Shown piece after piece: positions 1-11,306 of a stretch of 64,000 nt of DNA. The DNA is from the human T2T-CHM13v2.0 reference genome, Homo sapiens. The notes under the pieces were generated by a model, which saw nothing but the letters and a program-made list of their open reading frames with translations, ran no database searches and was not told where the DNA came from. The position numbers were made by a program, and so were the translations under genes. The first letter of the stretch is position 1. Each line of letters begins with the position of its first letter. The stretch lies in assembly GCF_009914755.1 (NCBI RefSeq), contig NC_060930.1. One strand, written 5' to 3'.

Positions 1-203
1 CCGGGTCCTCTCCAGGACTTCCTTCTGGCTGTTCCAGTACTCGGCGTCAGGCGGCCCCAGCGGCGTCACCGCCCGGTACACCTCCACGTCGCTGTCGAAG
101 CGTGCGTACTCCTCTCGGTTATAGATGTATCTGGTCACATAACGCACGCGCTCCGTCCCGTTGGTGAAGTAGCACATGGCCTTAAACTGGTACACGAAAT
201 CCT
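1..203 (-). CDS. HLA-DQB1: HLA-DQB1 exon 2 (beta-1 domain), truncated by the window edge; DQB1*03:01-like
   Basis: Reverse complement reads ccccgcag|AG GAT TTC GTG TAC CAG TTT AAG GCC ATG TGC..., giving (E)[67 protein letters not shown]. Acceptor AG at 204-205. Confidence 0.99.
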
Positions 204-420
204 CTGCGGGGAATCACCGGCCGGTCAGTCCGGCCCCGGCCCGGCCCCAGCCCGGCCACCCCGCAGCCGCCGCCCTGACCCGGCCCGGAGCTGTGGAACC
301 GCCCGCGCGACCTCCAGTTCCCGCCGGCCCGTGCCTCGCGCTGCAGACCTGGGATCCTCCCGGGGGCTCTGCCCAGCCCTGCCCGCCCTCTCGGGGGTCT
401 TCGGGAATCCGCCTTCCTAC
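1..420. other. CpG-rich island over exon 2 and the adjacent end of intron 1
   Basis: High GC and CpG density with (GGCCC)-type iterations at 218-290; typical of class II beta exon 2. Confidence 0.8.
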
Positions 421-1651
421 AGGCAGGAAAGGGAGGAAAGCCCTGTCCCTGTCTGGCTGGGCCTGTGAACCAAGCGAAGAGGCAGTCGGGTTGATTTTGC
501 ATGGACCTCTGCACTTAGAGGGATCAGGGCGTTCTCGCATGAAATCCCATTTTCCATGGAGCTCCTGGGTACCTCAGAGATAAAGTTATCCACATAAACC
601 TGAGAGTTCAAGGGAATGACGAGACAGGTCCAGGAATTAAACCTGTCCTCTTTTGATATGCCTATTCTCTTGGTCCCTGGGTAAAATACCTTCCTTCCCA
701 TGCCTGGATTTACCCTCCCAAGTGCCCTGTGAGGTTCACTCACTTCTGTGTTAGAAAGAAGGGAGTCCTAGATCTCTGAGTCCTAGAAAGAAACGTTTAT
801 TCACTGAAAGAGCACAAGCTTTTGAATTTGATAAACTAGAATCCCATTAAACTGTGGCAGTCACCAGCTCGGGCAGGTTACGTAACAGAATATCCATGTC
901 ACAAGTATAATTGTGTAAAAGAAAATCATGATATCTACACACAGGATGTTAGAAGGAGTGAGAGAGAATTTATGTAAAGTATTGTTCTGTGTCTGAAATG
1001 AGTGGTTTCACAGTATGTATAATTTCTCTTCTTTACATCCTCCTTTCTACTAAATTTAGTCCACCATCAACTCGGGTCTCTGAATCCCACTCAGGTCACC
1101 ATTTGCCCATAAATCAGTGAAACCTGAAGACTCCCTGTCTGTGGTCAGCCAGTCAGCTTCCCTCAGTACCAAGATTTTGCCTCCACAAACGCTCCACTGA
1201 GTCAGGAATACAGACACCTTTTCCCCAAATACGGGGACTACAGACACCATTGCTGCCTTACATTTCCCAGTGCAGGATCTCATAATAGTTAGTCCAGGCA
1301 GTCTTGGGGCACGCCTAAATGACAAATCATGCTGTGTCTTTGGAGAAATTCATATCTTCAAAAATAACCCCATGCTCACTTTGTCCTATCACTGGTAGTA
1401 AATGAACACTTTGTCTCCTCTTTTCTCTCCTCTCTCCTCTTCCAGGCTTAAGTCTGTAGGATGGGATTGGATTGTCCTCACCTCATCATTAAAAGATAAA
1501 TGGGAATGCAACATAGCTCTCTTTCCCAAAACAGAGGAAATATTGATAAAGATTGTGTCTGAGATAATCGAGATCACCATCCCCATACCCCAGCCCAAGG
1601 AGAGTCTGTTCCCAGAGTGGCGGCTCTGGAGAGCAGCTGCCCTGCACTTAC
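204..1651 (-). other. HLA-DQB1: HLA-DQB1 intron 1 (1448 bp)
   Basis: GT...AG bounded interval between exon 1 and exon 2. Confidence 0.97.
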
Positions 1652-1760
1652 CGGGAGAGTCTCTGCCCTCAGCCACTGGGGTGCTCAGCATCGCCAGCAT
1701 CAAGGTAACAGTTGCTGCCCGAAGGCCTCCGGGGATCCGCAAAGCCTTTTTCCAAGACAT
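1652..1760 (-). CDS. HLA-DQB1: HLA-DQB1 exon 1 coding part (signal peptide plus first mature residues)
   Basis: ATG at 1760 gives MSWKKALRIPGGLRAATVTLMLAMLSTPVAEGRDSP, 109 nt, then donor GTAAGT (GT at 1651-1650). The phase-1 junction matches exon 2. Confidence 0.99.
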
Positions 1761-1891
1761 AATTGAGACGAAGGGAAAAGTAGTGGTAGTCAACACAGCT
1801 CGGACCTGATGGATCTGATGTACCTGGCAGAAAGAATAAAAACCTGTGGATGTTTCCATGCGTGGTAGGATTGGATGGTCCCTTGGAAAGG

Positions 1892-1960
1892 AACCAATCA
1901 GCACTGGAGCTGAAGGACCTCATCTGTCTCTGGGCAGATTTTTTTTTGTGAAGGTTCTCA
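1892..1960 (-). promoter_or_regulatory. HLA-DQB1: HLA-DQB1 proximal promoter S/W-X1-X2-Y module (RFX, CREB/ATF, NF-Y, CIITA enhanceosome)
   Basis: Minus strand: S box GAACCTT (~1951-1957), X1 CCCAGAGACAGATG (1921-1934), X2 TGAGGTC (1916-1922), Y CTGATTGGTT (1892-1901). Confidence 0.95.
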
Positions 1961-3623
1961 ATCCAGTGCCTGGCACTGTGACGTCTTCCAATTGCACTGG
2001 ATGAACATTTGAGGTGAAAATTTCCTCTCAATTATGGAAGAGCTGAAGACTGAATGCCTAAGGGATTTTAAGAAGCCAAAAAAAATGCGATTCAACAGTA
2101 AACATCTTTGTAATATTGATTAAAAACCAGTTGTTTTCATACTTGGGATTCTTTCAATAGGGCAAATTAAGTGGGGATCATATTTCAGGGGAGAGAAAAT
2201 TGCTGTCATAGACATTTTTACTGCTGTTGTCTTAGACACACTTTGAGGAGCCTTAAGTTTTGGTGAAAAAAGCAAGGTTCTTAGAAGGAAATAATGGTGA
2301 GTTGCAGTTCCACCACTAATGTGCTTTAGGAGAGTCAACAAATTACTGAATTTATTTTTGCCCCAGGCCTCTCTTTGCAAAATGTGGATCATGTTTCATG
2401 CATTTTACATCTAGATCTTCACGTATACAAATTTAAGATTAATATGACTTGTTTAATGTTACAAAAGGATCCTCAACTGTTATGTGTAACTATCAGGTTA
2501 ATATGTGGAACAAGAAAACAAGCCAAAAAAAAATTGACACCCATCCCTGCTGGTAAATGATTCTTCATTATGCAAGAATATATTGTATTTATACTCTTCG
2601 AGTGAAAGTATTTGAAAAGTTAATTAAGTTGACATTCCTTTTCTAAGTTCTTCAGCTGTTTAAATCCTCCCTGAACCATGAAATAGGTGCATCTGATATC
2701 AGCAAAGGCACAATACACAAACCTTTACAGTATTCAGACATAGTCATGTCTAGATTTGAGGAGAGAGAGCAAAAGCTGTGGAGAAGCATTTCCTGGGTCC
2801 TGAATAGTATTAATGATGGAGAAAATGTTTAGAGTCACAGATTGTACTGTGCCAGCCCTAAACATCAAATCCCAAATGGCAGAGGTATCAATGTGGTTTT
2901 TTTCAATTCTATGTATTTTTTATTTAACAGTTCCTCATGGACATATCTACATCAATGTGTTTTTATAAATAAGCATAACTTATCAAGCTCCTCTTGGCAG
3001 TGACTAGGGGCAGTACTAATGGTTATAAAGCAATTAGAACAATGCCTGGCAAACATTACTTCTGACCCCAACCAAGACAATAAATATCTCCACCTCTCTT
3101 CTTCTCTCCCTTTCTCTCTTTCTTTTCCCAAAATTTTAGGTTCTGCTTTTAAAGTAGAGAATACAATCTAAAATCAGAATATAAGTTTACCAGGTAAAAA
3201 GAGCAGGGAAGAGGCAACAGCAAGAGGTTTGCAATAGTGGCACATGAAAGCGTTGAGCCACTCCAATATTCTGTATTATTCACAGCATAATTCTAGAGCA
3301 CCTGAGACTGGGAAAGTTGCCACTGGGCGTCCAGCAGCAGTGGTTTACTCAGGATCAGGGTAAACCCAGCCTAAGGAGGGTCTCCACTGCTGTGATGGAC
3401 ACATAAAGGAGGAACCATACTCACACCTGGAATGGAGTTGGGGCAAGGAAGAGTAGGCAGAGAGACCTGAAGCTGCCCTCAATGTCCTTCCTCAGCCCCC
3501 ACCTCAGTGTCCCTCAGAATAGAGGCCTCTAATCCATCCTTTCCTTCCTGTCTAAGGGAAAAACTTCCCACAGGTTTATTCTGAGGCAACTGCTACGCCA
3601 GACCTGGGGATTCCTCAGTCTCA

Positions 3624-3690
3624 CAGGCCTCTTCGCACAGACTTTTCAGCTAGCAACAAGTGTCACTTTAGAGCCTTTTTCTGATTGGCT
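3624..3690 (+). promoter_or_regulatory. Distal inverted S'-X'-Y' module
   Basis: GCTAGCAACAAGTGTCA (3649-3665; X1/X2-like, compare DRA CCTAGCAACAGATGCGTCA), then a T-tract and CTGATTGGCT (3681-3690; Y box). Orientation is opposite to the DQB1 promoter. Confidence 0.8.
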
Positions 3691-3810
3691 AAAACCTCAC
3701 TGGAAAGGTTTTGCTTTGGGCTTCTGCCAGTTGTGTCTGCCTGGCCCAGCCTTCTGTACAGTTGACTACCCTGGCCCTATCCCTGCTGCATTATTCAGGG
3801 CATTCAGGCA

Positions 3811-3910
3811 GAAGAAGGCCAGAGAAGAAAGAAACTAGGTCAAGCATCCTTATTCCGAGTGTCTCACCTGAATCACCTGCCCAGCCTCTGTGGGGGCCGA
3901 GCAATTAGAG
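3811..3910 (+). pseudogene. Putative fossil MHC class II alpha-chain leader exon
   Basis: The frame gives ...QASLFRVSHLNHLPSLCGGRAIR+g, resembling recalled DPA1 (RAVILRALSLAFLLSLRGAGAIK+g) and DQA1 (SPCGG) leader ends. Lies ~120 bp downstream of the Y' box. No ATG and no GT donor. Confidence 0.45.
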
Positions 3911-5309
3911 CATTTACCCCATGTGGGTAAATGGGCTAAAAAGACACTGCCATTAGTAGGGACGGTCAGGGTTACAGTAGGGAGACTCAATTCAAGGGAC
4001 ATTCTCTCTTCCTTCAGGGCAGAAGAAAAAGTCGTGGACTCCTTCTTTGTGAAAATCAAGGGAGAAATCATCTTCCCTAGTCAGCATCTCTTGGAATCTG
4101 TGCTTGGTCAGTGGAATTGAATGTGAACATAGGAGCCACCCTGTCACCAGAAGGACCATCCAAGACCTTACCCTGCATTTACTTCAGGAATCAAGAATCA
4201 CTGTATATTCTGAAAGGTTCTGTGGCCTCCTTAATGCCAATGGTAATATAACTAGAAATGCTGCTCCCAGAATATTGTTTTCCTTTAATTAAAATTTATC
4301 AAGCAATTATCCCTAAATTTTTCAAAATCTTTGTGAAGCCACTTAAATATTTCTTTTATATCAACTTCTAGGTTACCAGTTATATATAACAATTTTTTGT
4401 GGCACATATAAACTAGGTCCTTTCTCTTGGCACAAAGTTATCTCTTTAAAATCTCAGTCTAGAGAATCTGAAGAAAGCGCCAAATCAGTAGCATTCAGGG
4501 GCTATGTTCAGACAGTGGCTACCACAAGCAAGTGGCCATGATGAAACTCCAGGGTGGAAGTCACGTAAGAATTGGAGGAGGATGGAGGGTGAAGGAGCAG
4601 GAGTATGGGAAAAGCTTTAGCAGGAAGATAGAAAATCAGGTGACACAAGACATTTGGAACATTTGAGGGGAAATGAGGAACGTGGGTGATCTTGGCAAGG
4701 AAGCCCAGATCTCACTAGTCCCATGACTCCTCATGCTGTATGAAAATAGCCCTTGAAGACAGAAGACTGGAACGAAAACCAAGCTGCCTGCAGTGGATAT
4801 GCTGTACAATGAAGCTTTGTTTCCTGATCTATATTTTCAGGTTCCTTCCTCCTGTCAATCTCCTCATCCACGCATCGCCTCAGTTGGACCACTGGTGATT
4901 AAACCACCGGGAGCTAACCTACACATGTCACTCTTTCCAACACACCTCTGCTTGTCTCTACTTCTGGTTCCGTAGTGATGCCTGGGATATTTCCAGAGAC
5001 AGCTCTTCCCCCAGCCTCTAGATTAGTAGTCACCATGCTCCTTCATTCCCAGAAAAAACTTAAATATTTCTCTGTGAGATCTTTATAATGTCTCCTTTTT
5101 CTGTAAGTTCTTACCAGTAAAGAGAGGCTCTAATATTCAGCCACATAAAAATATATATAGTTCTTGAGTACTTAAACCCATATCCAAGTACTCAAAAACT
5201 TGTATGTCCAAAAACTCAGCTCAAGGCCATGGTTCATGCAAAACAGCAACATTAGCAGTAATATTCTGGGGAGAGTACTCTTACATCCTCCAATAGGAAA
5301 ACTTAAGAT

Positions 5310-5460
5310 ATTCCATTTAAACCACAATGACATATCACCTCACATCTGTCAGAATGGCTATTATCAAAAAGACAAAAGATAACAAGTGTTAAGGATGTAG
5401 ACAAAAGGAAACATTTGTACGCTGTTGGTGGGAATGTAAATTAGTACAACCATTATGGTT
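5310..5460 (+). mobile_element. Old L1 ORF2 3' fragment
   Basis: aaccacaatgacatatcacctcac...ggtgggaatgtaaattagtacaacc. Confidence 0.75.
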
Positions 5461-5473
5461 AAAATTTGACTGC

Positions 5474-5799
5474 GGCTGGGCGCGGTGGCTCATGCCTGTA
5501 ATCCCAGCACTTTCGGAGACTGAGGTGGGTGGATCACAAGGTCTGGAGATTGAGACCATCCTGGCTAACACGGTGAAACCCCGTCTCTACTAAAAATACA
5601 AAAAAGTTAGTCGGGTGTGGTGGCGGGTTCCTGTAGTCCCAGCTACTCAGGAGGCTGAGGCAGGAGAATGGCATGAACCCGGGAGGTGGAGCTGCAGTGA
5701 GCAGAGATCATGCCACTGCACTCCAGCCTGGACAACAGAGCGAGACTCCGTCTCAAATAAATAAATAAATAAAAATTAAAAAAAATAATAAAATAAAAC
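5474..5799 (+). mobile_element. Alu (AluY/Sc-like)
   Basis: Full dimer with A-rich tail; TSD aatttgactgc at 5463-5473 and 5800-5810. Confidence 0.95.
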
Positions 5800-5810
5800 A
5801 ATTTGACTGC

Positions 5811-6460
5811 CCCGCTGGATTTCAGGCTTGCATGGGCCCTGTAACCCCTTTGTTTTGGCCAATTTCTCCCATTGGAATGGCTGTATTTACCCAATACCCG
5901 TACCCCCATTGTATCTAAAAAGTAACTAGCTTGCATTCGATTTTACAGGCTCATAAATGGATGGGATTTGCCTTGTCTCAGATTAGACTTTGGACTATGG
6001 ACTTTTGGGTTAATGCTGAAATGAGTTAAGACTTTGGGGAACTGTTGGGAAGGCATGATTGGTTTTGAAATGTGAGGAAATGAGATTTGGAGGGGCCAGG
6101 GGAAGAATAATATAGTTTGTCTGTGTCCCCACCCAAATCTCAACCTGAATTGTATCTCCCAGAAATCCCACGTGTTGTGGGAGGGACCCAGGAGGAGGTA
6201 ATTGAATCATGGGGGCCGGTCCTTCCTGTGCTATTCTCATGACAGTGGATAAGTCTCACAAGATCTGATGGGTTTATCAGGGGTTTTTGCTTTTGCTTCT
6301 TCCTCATTTTCTCCTGCCACTGCCTTGTAAGAAGTGCCTGTTGCCTCCCACCACGATTCTGAGGCCTCCCCAGTCATGTGGAACTGTAAGTCCAATTACA
6401 CCTCTTTTTCTTCCCAGTCTTGGTAATGTCTTCATCAGCAGCATGAAAACGAACTAATAC
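5811..6460 (+). mobile_element. THE1 (MaLR) internal 3' end plus LTR (~6108-6460)
   Basis: LTR start tatagtttgtctgtgtccccacccaaatctc and end gaaaacgaactaataca; THE1-int sequence upstream. Confidence 0.9.
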
Positions 6461-7642
6461 ACTCAGTAATGGAATTGTTGGGTCAAATGGTATTTCTGGT
6501 TCTAGGTCTGTGAAGAATTGCCACACTGTCTTCCACAATGGTTGAACTAATTTACATTCCCCCCAACAGTGTAAAAGTGTTTCTTTTTCTCTGAAGCCTC
6601 GACAGCATCTGTTGTTTCTTGAGTTTTTAATAATCACCATATTGACTGGCATGAGATGGTATCTCATTGTGATTTTAATTTGCATTTCTCTAATGATCTG
6701 TGATGTTAAGCTTTTTGCATATGTTTGTTTGCTACATAAATGTCTTCTTTTGAGAAGTGTCTGTTAATGTCCTTTGCTCACTTTTTAATGTTTTTTGTTT
6801 CTTGCAAATTTGTTTAAGTTCCTTGTAGACTCTGGATACTAGACCTTTTTAAGATGGATAGGTTACAAAATTTTTCTCACATTCTGTGTGTTGCCTGCTC
6901 ACTCTGAAAATAGTTTATTTTGCTGTCTGGAAGCTCTTTAGTTTAATTAGATCCCATTTGTCAGTATTTGCTTTTGTTGCAATTGCTTTTGATGTTTTTG
7001 TCATGAAGTCTTTGCCCATGTCTATGTCCTGAATGGTGTTGCCTAGATTTTCTTCTAGGGTTTTTATAGTTTTAGGTTTTACATTTAAGTCTTTAATCCA
7101 TCTTGAGTTAATTTTTGTATAAGGTGTAAGGAAGGGGTCCAGTTTCAACTTTATGCATATGGCTAGGCAGTTCTCCCAGCACCATTTATTAAATAGGGAA
7201 TCCTTTCCCCATTGCTTGTTTTAATCAGGATTTTTGAAGATCAGATGGTTGTAGATGTGTGGTCTTACTTCTGAGTTCTGTGTTCTGTTTCATTGGTCTG
7301 TTTTTGTACCAGTACCATGCTGTTTTGGTTACTTCAGCCTTGTAGTATAGTTTGAAGTCAGGTAGCATGATGTCTCCAACTTTGATTTCCCTGGTGGGGT
7401 AGCACAATCATTCACCACCTCCCTTGGCTAGGGGTGGAAGTTCCCTTACCCCTTGCGACTTCCGGGTGGGCTGTTGCTCCACCCTGCTTTTCTTCACTCT
7501 CCGTGGGTTGTGCCAACTGCCTAGTCAATACCAGTGAGAAAACCTGGATACCTCAGTGGAAGGTACAGGGTTCACTCACTGTTTCCATTCTCCTTAGTGG
7601 GAGCCACAGACCAGAGCTACTTCTAATCAGCATTCTTGGCCC
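6461..7642 (-). mobile_element. Older L1PA element: ~250 bp of 5' UTR joined directly to the 3' part of ORF2
   Basis: ORF2 peptides ([22 protein letters not shown]; PDFKLYYKA) at 6461-7385. The reverse complement of 7386-7642 resembles the L1 5' UTR start (ggccaag...agctctggtctgtggctccc...ccactgaggtatccagg). Confidence 0.85.
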
Positions 7643-7694
7643 TTCCCTTGTTTTTTTTATTGTTGAGTTTTAGAAGTTCTTTACAAATCCTGGA

Positions 7695-7830
7695 TTTTTT
7701 TTAAGAGACAGTGTCTTTCTATCTTGCCTACTTGCCTAGGCTGGTCTTGAACTCCTGGGCCTAAGTAATGCTCCTGCCTTAGCCTACCAAGTAGCTGGGA
7801 TTACAGGTATGAGGCACCGTGCCTGACCAT
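7695..7830 (-). mobile_element. FLAM / Alu left monomer
   Basis: ggctggtcttgaactcctgggcc...gctgggattacaggtatgaggcaccgtgcctgacc. Confidence 0.8.
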
Positions 7831-8369
7831 ATTTTGGATATTGATCTCTTATGAGATATGCTATTTGTCAATATCTTCTTTCATTCTGTTGATTACCATG
7901 TTTACTCTATTGACACTGTCCTTTCGTGCACAGAAGTTTTAAAGTTTTTATGTCACATTTATTAAAGAGAAAGTTCAAGACATGATATAGAAGAGTAATA
8001 GGAACATGTTTGTCCATATAGTTGCCATTCAACTAAATTAATTGATTTCTGTAATGTGCCATTTGGGACAAAAGCAATAACATTGTAGAATCTTTCCAAG
8101 AGTTTCACTTTCTATTTTCAAAGACCAACAATTCAACCCAAGTGAATTACTGCAAAAGCATCCTGACTGGTCTCCTTGCCTCTACTTTATAATGCAGACA
8201 TTGCTCATAAATCCAAGTTAATCTCTCTGAGTGTTAGTTCCTTCAACTGCAAAATGAGAATATTTATTCCATGGAGTAATGCTGAGGATTAAATGAAATG
8301 GCAAATATAAAGCACCAAAAATAGTGTTGAACACATAGTAGATAATAATAATAATTTTAAAATATTTTT

Positions 8370-9125
8370 AATATTTTTTATATAAATAGTTTTTGAGGTA
8401 CAAATGACTTTTTGTTACATGGATAAATTGTATAGTTGTGAAACCTGAGATTTTAGTGCACCTGTCACCCAAGTAGCATAAATTGTACTCAATATGTAGT
8501 TTTTTATCCTTCACCCCCATCCCATCCTCCCCTCTTCTGAGTCTCCAGTGTCCATTTTACCACTCTGCATGCCTTTGTGTACCCATAGCCTAGCTCCCAC
8601 TTGTAAGTGAGAACATACGGCATTTGTTTTTCCTTTCCTGAGTTAGAAGTTTTAAATTTTGATGAAGTCCAATTTATCTATATTTTCTTTTCTTTTCTAT
8701 GTCTTTGGTGTTATGTCCAGGAAATCATAGCCTAATCAAATGTCATGAAGATTTTCCTTTATGTTTTTTTCTAATAGTTTGATAGTTTTAAGTTTTACAT
8801 TTAGGTCTTTGATTCATTTTGAGTTCATTTTGTCTATGATCTAAGGTAAGAATCCAATTTCATTCTTTTGTGTGTGGACTTCAGTTTTCCCAGCACCATT
8901 GTTGAAAAGGCTGTCCTTTCCTCAATTAATGGCCTTTACACCCTTGTTGAAAATCGCTTGACAATATATGTCAGGGTAATTTCCTGGTTTTGATATTGTA
9001 CTTTAGTTATATAAGATGTGACAATTGGGGAAAACTGGATGAAGGGTATAGAGAATCTTTCTGTACTATCTTGGTAACTTCCTCCGAATCTATAATTATT
9101 TCAAAATACAACATTGAAAAATAAA
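8370..9125. mobile_element. Cluster of old L1 fragments (minus-strand 3' UTR and ORF2; plus-strand L1M 3' end)
   Basis: ctcccacttgtaagtgagaacat; cagttttcccagcaccattgttgaaaagg; ctgtactatcttggtaactt. Confidence 0.7.
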
Positions 9126-9303
9126 GTCAACCAAAATAATATGTTTATTTAAAAAGAAAACCAATTCAATAAGGTACCTAATAAAAATTTTCCAAAGTGA
9201 AATACAAAGAGAAAAGAAGAGTGGGGAATAAAAACAAAACAGAGCATCCACAAGCTGTAGTACCGTATCGAATGATACTATATTTTTGCCTGAAAAGTGT
9301 TAA

Positions 9304-9657
<354 letters not shown>

Positions 9658-9859
9658 TGATCTATTTCAAATTCATTGATTCTTCCCAGGGCTGTGTCAA
9701 GTTTGCTGATGAGTTTGTCAAATGTATTTTTTATTTTTGTTAATGTATTTTTATTTTATTTCAATTTTATTCTTTCTCAGATTTTCCATCTCTGCCGAAA
9801 TTACCTATCTAATCTAGCATGTTGTCCACTTTTCCGTAAGAGATTTTAGTATATTAATC

Positions 9860-10960
9860 ACAGTTTATGAAGCAGGTTTACTAATTACCAATCCCAAAGG
9901 AGGACCCCCACTGTGTGGAGAATAGCAAAGATCACTACTATGCCAACCACTAGGAAAAGAAGTCCAGATACTTCTTTCCACTGCATCCTGAGCTACTGTT
10001 TAGGTCCACCATGCACTGGTTACCTATTATCTGAGTCTGATGAAATAGAACATGCCCACACACAAGTTATGTGAAGCAGGTTTATTACTTAGAGATCAGT
10101 AGCAAGGGACAGAAGAAGCCTCAGCTCCATTGTGAGTCAGTCCCCTAAGGCTCAAGAAAGCTGTCTGGGACATACAAAGTATTGACGACACCAATTATTA
10201 TATCATGATCTAAAGTGTAAGTCACAAGTCAAATTCTTGATCACTTCATTCATATTACATGTTCCAGATTATAACCCCACTGGAAAACTTCTCTAACAGT
10301 AATTTTGCAGGAACTCATGTGTTCTAAAACTACAACCTAGTGTGCATTTCTTCCTGCTAGACACTTAACACACTGTGACCATGTGACTTAAATTGTCCAT
10401 ATGATGCTGAGAGTTATAAGATTCATAGAATCATAAGTTTGGGCATACCAACCACAATCCATCATGCAATTGAAGTAGTAAATTTGAAACTAGACTGCAG
10501 CAGGTTTAAAAACTAGTTGGTGGTTCTGGTTTGGTGATAGAGACTACAATCCCAGAAGGATTTATGCTCTTGTTTATATTCTCCTTGATGGATTATAATT
10601 GTTTCAGTGTCTACTGTATTTTCATCTAATTTGGTCTTGAAGTCTCCCTCATGAGAACAGCTATAAACTAGTTTTGCTGTGCTGGAGCTCTAGGGAATTT
10701 GGGTGTGGAGTTTACAATGTACCTTCATGGGATGCTTCTTTATTCTGGAAGATGGTCTAATGCCTAAGTGTCTGACCTGTAACCAAGTGCCCCTCTCACA
10801 GGAAACTTGTTTATACTAGAAGACATTTTTGTGGCTCAGCCTGACCTGTGTCCAGTTTATTCCTGCCAAAATTTCACTCTCTGGGACAGCTCTGTCTGGG
10901 AAAGAAGTTAAATTTGAATGTGTCAGTTAGGTAAGACAGAAAGAAGACAATTCAACAAAC
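9860..10960. mobile_element. Unassigned ERV/LTR-like fragments
   Basis: LTR-type motifs (gaagcaggtttattactt; ctctcacaggaaacttgtttatac; cctgacctgtgtccagtttattcc). Family not resolved. Confidence 0.4.
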
Positions 10961-10969
10961 CACATGATT

Positions 10970-11306
10970 CAAAATTCCAAAATTCATATATTAAAACCTA
11001 ACCCTATTGTCCCCAATGTGATCATTTTAAGAGATGATTAAGTCATGAGGACATGACCCTCAAAGATGGGATTAGGGCCCTTATAAAAGGACTCAAGGTT
11101 GAAGGGAGTGCTTCCTTTCCCTTCCACCTTCCACCATGTGGTTCACTTTCCGCCATGTGAAGACGCTGCAAGATGGCCCTTACTAGATGCCAGTACCTTG
11201 ATCTTGGACTTTCCAGCCTCCAGGATTGTGAGAAAATAAAATTATGATCTTTGTAATTTATCCAGTCTGTGGTGTTTTGTTATAGCAACACAAACAGTCA
11301 AAGACA
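10970..11306 (+). mobile_element. MST/MLT1A MaLR LTR
   Basis: ccttgatcttggactttccagcctccaggattgtgagaaaataaa...ttgttatagcaacacaaacagtcaaagaca. Confidence 0.8.

Noticed and set aside
176-743. Overlapping 108-135 aa ORFs in intron 1
   Set aside because: By-product of GC-rich, stop-poor sequence; no recognisable protein.
1389-1904. 171-aa ORF containing the DQB1 leader
   Set aside because: Read-through of exon 1 into promoter and intron; only 1652-1760 is coding.
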